A stretch of DNA of 56,408 nucleotides, the filler included, from Squatina squatina (Eukaryota): assembly GCA_031763465.1 (NCBI GenBank). It is 3 parts of 3 records of this genome, joined end to end, with 100 filler letters (N's around TTAATTAATTAA, not from the genome) between each part and the next. Parts side by side here need not be neighbours in the genome. Positions count along the whole stretch, not along the records: positions 40,245 to 56,408 come from JARFOE010000203.1; 2 more parts are not named here. One strand, 5' to 3'. Shown here one piece after another: positions 49,527 to 56,408 of this stretch. The notes beneath the pieces were generated by a model. The model saw nothing but the letters and a program-made list of their open reading frames with translations, ran no database searches and was not told the origin of the DNA. Within the stretch, counting starts at the first letter, position 1. Each line of letters opens with the position of its first letter. The translations under genes and the position numbers were made by a program.

Positions 49527-50264
49527 GTGAGTAAGCTNNNNNNNNNNNNNNNNNNNNNNNNNNNNNNNNNNNNNNNNNNNNNNNNNNNNNNNNNNNNNNN
49601 NNNNNNNNNNNNNNNNNNNNNNNNNNNNNNNNNNNNNTACGAGGACACCTAAATCCGTCTGTACCGCAGCATTCTGTAGTCTCTCTCCATTTAAATAATA
49701 TTTTGCTTTTCTATTCTTCCTACCATGACAGAGGAAACTGCTCCTTGGATGTAACTTCAGCATTGAAGTTACAAAACTGTAGTTTGAAAAGTCTTTACAT
49801 TTCTAAGACCAAAGATCTTTTTGCTCATGGAGCACATCGGTCTACGGTTTACTATGTTACTGTCCGTATTTGTTGAGGTTCTGTGCAAGGGAGAGAAGTG
49901 CTTTTATTCTTAAAGCTGCAGACTGTTGTCAGTAACAAGATTGGAACTGAGCAGAGGCAGAGTGTGAGGAGCACTGACACTGGTGGAGCCATGGTGCTGC
50001 CCAGGGTCTCCATTAGTGGAAGCAGGATGCAGACAGTACTCCCATGAGCAGAGGCAAAATGAGGGCAGCTGTTCGGGAGATAAGGAAATTCCAAATAGTA
50101 TGCAGGTCTTGAACTGATCCACCAAAAGTGCTATCCAGGCCATCGGCCTGCTTTACTAATTCACTGCTGTTGATGAGAATTGCTCCAAAGTGTATGCTGG
50201 GGTATTTCTATAGTCAGATAGAGGAAAATGCTCTACAAAAAGTGGGTATAAAACTGAACACAAG

Positions 50265-50710
50265 GTAGGGCCAGGAGCAGGCCATTCAGGCCCTCGAGCC
50301 TATTCTGTCATTCAATGAGATCATGGCTGATCTGTGACCTATCTCCATATGCCCGCCTTTGGCCCATATCCCTTAAAACCTTTGGTTAACAGAAAGCTAT
50401 CCTTCTCTGATTTAAAATTAACAAGTGATCTAGCATCGGTTGTCATTTGTGGAAGAGAGTTCCAAACTCCTACCACCCTTTGTGTGTCAATGTTTCCTAA
50501 TTTCACTCCTGAAAGGTCTGGCTCTAATTTTTAGACTACGCCCCCTGGTCCTAGAATCCCCAAACAGGTGGAAATACTTTTTCTCTATCTACCCTATCTG
50601 TTCCCCTTAATATCTTGAAAACGTCAATCAGATAGCTCCTTAACCGTCTAAATTCTAGGGAATACTACCCTAATTTGTGTAATCTCGCCTCATAACTTAA
50701 CCCTTGAGGT
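50265..50710 (-). mobile_element. CR1-like LINE 3' end
   Basis: 3' UTR (caggagcaggccattcagg..cctcgagcc) and RT C-terminal remnant. Confidence 0.8.
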
Positions 50711-51314
50711 CTGGTAAGTGCAGCTTTATCCAGTGATTAAGAAAAATGCAGCTGCATTATTTGAACAGCGGGGAATGTGCACAGACTTGGACAATATTAC
50801 CACATTTGGTTTTTTTGTCTATAGAACTCCCTAAATTTCTAAAGCTGCTTAAGTAACATTAGATTCTAACGAACAACTTTGCATGGCAAATAGCACTTCT
50901 TTCAGTTGTAGCTAGAAGCATTTGTACTGGGCAGATAGTGAAATGTGAATAGAGTGTGGGTGTCCTTGAGCTGAACAGTAATGTCTTTGTTCTGCTGTTT
51001 CCCAGGCGTCGTGATATGGAGAAGTGCATATGTATTCTTTTATGCAAACTTCACTGAGTGATAGAGACTTGCTTCAGTAAAAATAAAGGTTTCAAAAGTG
51101 GCTGGTGGAATTCAGAATTGAATAAAGTTCCCTAGAGATCATTCAAATTCAGGGTAAGGGACACAGAGACACAGGCAGCTTGCTGCTAAAGTGCATGAAC
51201 ACTTGTGCGTTGGCNNNNNNNNNNNNNNNNNNNNNNNNNNNNNNNNNNNNNNNNNNNNNNNNNNNNNNNNNNNNNNNNNNNNNNNNNNNNNNNNNNNNNN
51301 NNNNNNNNNNNNNN

Positions 51315-51660
51315 TCCCCCTCCCCCCCTCACAACCTTGAAAGAGGTCCTCATCATTTTCCCCTCTAACCCCTGCATTCAACAGATCATCTGCCATTTCC
51401 GCCACCACCAAACATATCTTCCCCTCCCCTCTGAGCATTCCAAAAGGAGCGTTCCTTCTGTGACTCTCTGGTTTACTCTTCCATCACCCCTTTCCCCTGA
51501 CACCTTCCCATGGTTTACTCTTCCATCACCCTTACCATCTGCTGTCCTTCCCCTGGCACCTTCCTATTCAAGCGTGGGAGATTCAATACCTGTCCATTCA
51601 CTTCTCTCCAAACCACTGTCCAGGGCTGCAGACACTCCTTCCCTGACATTGGGCATGTTC
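51315..51660 (+). mobile_element. Penelope-like element fragment
   Basis: VLIIFPSNPCIQQIICHFRHHQ resembles the PLVLTFHP..IQ.II..HFRHLQ linker between RT and GIY-YIG. Confidence 0.55.
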
Positions 51661-51854
51661 TGACATAGTGCTACATCAGGTAGTACCTTTAGACCCGAGG
51701 CTGTCAGGGAATCTTGCCTCTTTATATACTGTCTGGATCACTGTCTTTCCCCTCCCCAACTCCCCAAAAGAAAATAAAGTACGGAAAAAAGCTAATGTCA
51801 TGACAGAATTCTAACATTTTGTGGTTCAATGTCATGTTTTTTTTTTCTCCACAG

Positions 51855-51931
51855 GTTAGTAGCAAAGACGAAGATTTTTTGGATCTTTCAGTTGACGTAG
51901 AACAAAACACTTCAATAACTCATTGTTTAAG
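51855..51931 (+). CDS. USP46/USP12-family deubiquitinase exon, 77 nt (isolated)
   Basis: tttttctccacag|[26 protein letters not shown]|gtaggt. Matches the remembered USP46 sequence; USP12 differs only at the first residue. Confidence 0.88.
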
Positions 51932-52996
51932 GTAGGTATGTAAAGGTTTCTAAGGACATATATTATTAGAGATAATATATATTCAGATTGACGCATGTTC
52001 ATACTGAAAGACTGGAGATATGGAAGGATTATTTACACATTTCTAAAAGGTATCTTACACGCGCTCCTAAAGTGATAATTAGTTCCGCAAACTGCAAATC
52101 TATTCAGATTGAACTAGTTTTTGAGTTGTCTAGCTTCAGTTGAAATGGTTTTGATCCAACTGAAGATAGCATAGTGACCCAATGAAGGTGGGCATCTGCT
52201 CCATTAGTAATAGCAGTGACAGTTCACATCAAAATCAGGTTGCATTTTAACATTAGCTCACCTTAAAGAATGAAAACAAATATGAAGAACTTAGGAGAGA
52301 AGTTTTTTTTTAAAAGCCACGTTAAACTTTATTTGGGACCACTACATTTTATAGAAGAGTTTACAACAATTTTCTATCAGTAAAATCTGTTCATCTTCCT
52401 AAGGGTAATTAAATAATCCAGTTCTGGATACCCTCTTAAGCACACACATTACAAGTTGACTAAAAATTACGTTGTAGATTTTGCAGCATGTTACTGACCA
52501 TATTAGGGATGAACTTGTATTTATTACTTGATAGGCTGAAGGTTAAGGTTTTTCATTGACCAATAAAGGAGCATTGCCACTGAATGTACCCAACAACCTG
52601 ATTGGAAAGTGACATTCTATATACCCAGAGTTGAAATTTTACATTTATTAATACTGTTACTTTCCATCCAATTGTTTTGTCAAAAATGGAAATGCTTCAG
52701 TGAGTTGTTTAATTATATCTGGTCCATTTGGAGAAAATCACGCCAATTTTGAACTAAACGCAAAAATAGCACTGTCAGCACTTTAGGCCCTGGTATAACC
52801 AGTACACTGCTCAATACTTTTGTAAACAAAAGGGCACTTTCTAATGAGCGTGTTCTGATCTCAAATGGTTCTTTTATAGATTTTAGTATTGAATGTGTGA
52901 GAAGATGAAATTCTTATGGTAGAGTCACCTGTATGGAATTTGAGCACAGCATATCAATCCTGTGAATTAACAGGAAGCATCTACACTGTTTTTCAG

Positions 52997-53059
52997 CTTT
53001 CTGCAACGTTGACCATCCCTTTTTGGCAATGGTTTTTGACCAGATTTGGCAAGAAAACT
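52997..53059 (+). CDS. MFSD2A: MFSD2A exon, 3' end lost in gap
   Basis: gtttttcag|LSATLTIPFWQWFLTRFGKKT. Confidence 0.9.
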
Positions 53060-53159
53060 NNNNNNNNNNNNNNNNNNNNNNNNNNNNNNNNNNNNNNNNN
53101 NNNNNNNNNNNNNNNNNNNNNNNNNNNNNNNNNNNNNNNNNNNNNNNNNNNNNNNNNNN

Positions 53160-53960
53160 TGATTCAAGTCGTACCAGACTCAACACCCATTAAAACATTA
53201 TATAGAGTAGAAAATATTGGGGTGATCAGGGGAGATTATTATATAAAGTATTACAACATACCACCATATGCAGTAGAGACAGGGGATATTATCGTAGGTA
53301 CTACGTTAGAGAGATGTAGTATAAAAGCCTCTTCAGTTGTATGTCCACATCCAATATACGAGACAGAGGAATCAAAATGTGGATTTTATGCAACAGCCAA
53401 CTGTACAATGGAAGCTATATGGGCTATACTGGAGCCCACTCACGTGGCATATCTGGGTAAAGGAAGATATTGCATCACCTCACCACAACGGGAAGATCAA
53501 TGTGGGCATAATCAACCCTGCCCCATAGCTCGTCCCAGTGTGCCTACACCCACAGACATCAGTAAGGGTGGGAAAGGTAGAACTGATGGAGATATACAAG
53601 AGAGACACAGTTAACATGCAGGTGGAGGACAGCATGAAAGAAAATCTGACTCAGTTTCTGAGCCAGTTCTCCTATGTAATTCCGTTGCTACCTGAACATC
53701 TCTCAGACATTAGCGAGGAGGCCCAGCGAATGCATAGAACTTATTACATATTAGGCTCGGTTGCAACAGGTTCGGTTGCTGACAAACGACATCGAACGGA
53801 TAGATGACGCCACATGGTGGGAAGATTTATGGAATTGGGGTTTGAATATCCAAGTTCACCCATGGATCTGGATCTTTTCCCACGTTTTAGTTATTACCCA
53901 GTTGATAGTACTGTTTTACTTAGCATACTTGGTTCACCGTGTCAAGAGGACACACACAGG
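53160..53960 (+). pseudogene. Endogenous viral envelope/fusion glycoprotein, C-terminal half, two frameshifts (lokiretrovirus-like env)
   Basis: Joining ORFs 52916-53614 (post-gap part), 53538-53807 and 53761-54213 gives an 8-Cys region, a heptad-like helix, a Trp-rich WWEDLWNW stretch and a hydrophobic TM segment WIWIFSHVLVITQLIVLFYLAYLV. No introns. Confidence 0.75.
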
Positions 53961-54182
53961 AGAGCAGCAAAAGGGGGGTTCCAATAGCACTGGAAATAAG
54001 CAAGGGGGACAGGTTTTTTCTTGTATTTTTATTGCAGGACCATTCCATACCAATGACACAGATGGTATAGCCCAATACCCCTGTAACCCTAAGCTCGATA
54101 CCTGGCCAGTATCAGCAGCGGCAGAGCGTAACGGAAGGGGCAATCCCATTTTCGTTGGCCACCTTGGGCTCGGCCAAGGGTC

Positions 54183-54620
54183 AAAAGTGGGGGATTGTTG
54201 GGGTAGAAATTAATTTAGTATGTTTTATATCAAGCATAGCTCTGGGAAAGCAACCAGGCAAGTAGGGTTAATGAGACAACGGATTTAATGCTGTGAGAGC
54301 AGAAAACACATACTTGCCAGCTTACTGAGGCTAGGGTGAAGGGCAGCAAATGTTCTATGTTGTTCGAAGCTAACTTAAGATTAGTGTGGTTGTTATGACA
54401 CTGTGGAGTCATGAAGAGAAGAGTTGTGTCTTGGGCACCATTTGGTATCAAGCTGCTATGTGGGACTCGAGGTGGGGAGTCATCAATAAGAAAAGCAAGA
54501 CAAGCCTCAGGGTGAGAAGTCACATCTCACCAGTAAAGATGACAAGAACCAAGGGGAAAAGTATTGACATCAAACCAGGGTGGAATGTGAGTCTGTTTAC
54601 CCTTAGATTGTAAAGTGACA
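54183..54620 (+). mobile_element. Polypurine tract and putative 3' LTR (end not defined)
   Basis: AAAAGTGGGGGAT is immediately followed by TGTTG at 54196, about 240 bp after the TM-coding segment. Unique sequence runs until a CR1 tail remnant at about 54620. Confidence 0.55.
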
Positions 54621-56159
54621 TAGAAACATCGAAGATAGGAGCAGGAGTGGGAGTTTTATCATTCCCAAGTTGGTATCACAAGAATATATGGAAGATTGAT
54701 GGGCAGGGATAGGTTCACAATGCAGCAAATCAAAGGGACCATTGCCTTGAAGGATTTACAGAGCAATGTAGCAAAACCAATTTCTTTATTCTTTATTCCC
54801 TCTTAATTAACCATTGAAAATAGCTCAATATATTTTCAGTACTTATGCCACAACTTAAACCCCTTGCGTATCAATTACAATGAGCCTACTGATAATTGAT
54901 ATTTGCCATAATAGCAAGCAACCAAATAGTATACAAAAAAGGTTGTTGCAAAATAGAATGTGACAACCCTGGTGTATTTGGGGCAGGGCCTAAATCCTAA
55001 TGCTGTAGACTAATTGTCACTTGCCACATTTAAATTTTATTCAACCTGGCCAACTCCTTTTTAAAACAATGTTTAAACATGTCCATAGTATTTATAGTCT
55101 TTCTGTTTGTGCTGTCAATCACAAACTGTAATTCGATGATATTGTTGGAAGTATAGGGGAGAGTTTCAGAAAGGCATTTTCAGCATACCATTATAAGTAC
55201 TGTTAAAAATTAATTTCCCTAGGAACCCCCCCCCCCATGCTGTGCATCATTCCTTGCTGGGAGAACAGGCAGGTGACCTGCTCCCAGGCTGCACCATCGT
55301 CACACTGAAAGCAGCAGCAGAGGGGTGTGCAAGAATGGATAGGGGTGATTCATCCTCTTTATTCTTTTTTTTTACCTTTTTCTATGGAAAACTGCTTGAC
55401 ACTTCTGTGCAATGGCATGGCCAAAACTGATGAGAACTGTGGCACCCAGACCTCCATCTCACCATTCAGTGACANNNNNNNNNNNNNNNNNNNNNNNNNN
55501 NNNNNNNNNNNNNNNNNNNNNNNNNNNNNNNNNNNNNNNNNNNNNNNNNNNNNNNNNNNNNNNNNNNNNNNNNNTGTCTCAGGGATACCTCTGGGAGCTC
55601 ACTCCAATTTCCTGCATCTGTACACTGATCATAGGATACCTCCATCCCGTTCAGTCACGGTGAATGCTGGAACAGACAAGGATTAAAACCCAAACAACAG
55701 TTAGGTCAAGGTTGGAAGCAGAACCAGTAGAAATGTCAATTACAATGGACAGGGCAGAGATACTATTTTAATACTTTATTGAAGCCTGATTATTAATTAC
55801 TAATTATTAATTACAACAATGAGCATTGACCAGCTAGTGTTACTGATTAAGAATTAAAACTAAGATCTGCAAAATAATGAATCTATTATATATTAAATTC
55901 ACTATGCAGGGCACACATTTCATTGGAAACTTTCATGTGAATCTTGCTCCCATTGCAAAACTCACTATAATATCTGTTAGGCCTTTGGGCTGTGATACAA
56001 ATTTTCAATGTAAGGGGGTCACATCTTGCCTTTCACAGATTCACCTACTTTGTTGTTCCACGCAATAGATGTGTTTGTGTTGGCAAGACTTGTTTTAATA
56101 GAAAATGTTTTAGCTAATCATCCTTGCCCCATCCTAGTACACCTCTGTGGCATCCAGGA

Positions 56160-56408
56160 ACATTAGGAACATTCAGCCCCTCTGGCCTGCTCCGCTATTC
56201 AATTCGATCATGGCTGAGCTGCACCTCAACTCCATTTTCCTGCCTTTTCTCCATATCTCTTGATACCCTTTGCAGTGTCAGCTGTGACTCAGTTGGTAGC
56301 ACTCTCACCTCTGAGTCAGAAGGTTACAGGTTCAAGGCCCACTCCAGAGACTTGAGCCCAAAAGTCTAGGCTGACATTCCAGTGCAGTGCTGAGGGAGTG
56401 CTGCACTG
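56160..56408. mobile_element. CR1 3' tail (-, 56160-56270) followed by a Deu-SINE head (+, 56272-56408)
   Basis: gtgactcagttggtagcactctcacctctgagtcagaagg, the same head as at 26263. Confidence 0.8.

Noticed and set aside
52916-53614. 232-aa ORF apparently fusing MFSD2A to a viral glycoprotein
   Set aside because: It reads through a 100-N gap joining two separate contigs, so it is an artefact.
56272-56350. tRNA-like sequence with A and B boxes
   Set aside because: It is the head of a tRNA-derived SINE continuing into the SINE body, not a tRNA gene.

Overview
This is vertebrate genomic DNA, almost certainly from a cartilaginous fish (shark-type CR1/L2 LINEs, Deu-domain SINEs, shark-like FSH beta). 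It comes from a very fragmented assembly with about 30 fixed 100-N gaps and four 10-N gaps. Two artificial N44-TTAATTAATTAA-N44 spacers (16910-16921, 40189-40200) split the window into three unrelated scaffolds. Scaffold 1 (1-16865) is a human-11p14-like block: the 3' end of KCNA4 (-), a complete two-coding-exon FSHB (+), three ANO3 exons (-) and a MUC15 transmembrane exon (+) lying antisense between ANO3 exons. Scaffold 2 (16966-40144) is mostly repeats. It holds one CTBS-like exon, several minisatellites, a decayed retroviral pro-RT fragment with spuma/loki-like motifs and a probable Academ transposase relic. Scaffold 3 (40245-56408) has an SNRNP40 exon, four MFSD2A exons and an isolated USP46/USP12-type exon on the same contig as an MFSD2A exon. 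It also carries the most interesting feature: a frameshifted viral envelope gene whose Cys-rich region resembles paramyxo/pneumovirus F proteins, followed by a polypurine tract and a TG-starting LTR-like segment, i.e. a lokiretrovirus-like endogenous element. All identifications are from manual translation and remembered family motifs; no searches were run, and repeat boundaries are approximate.
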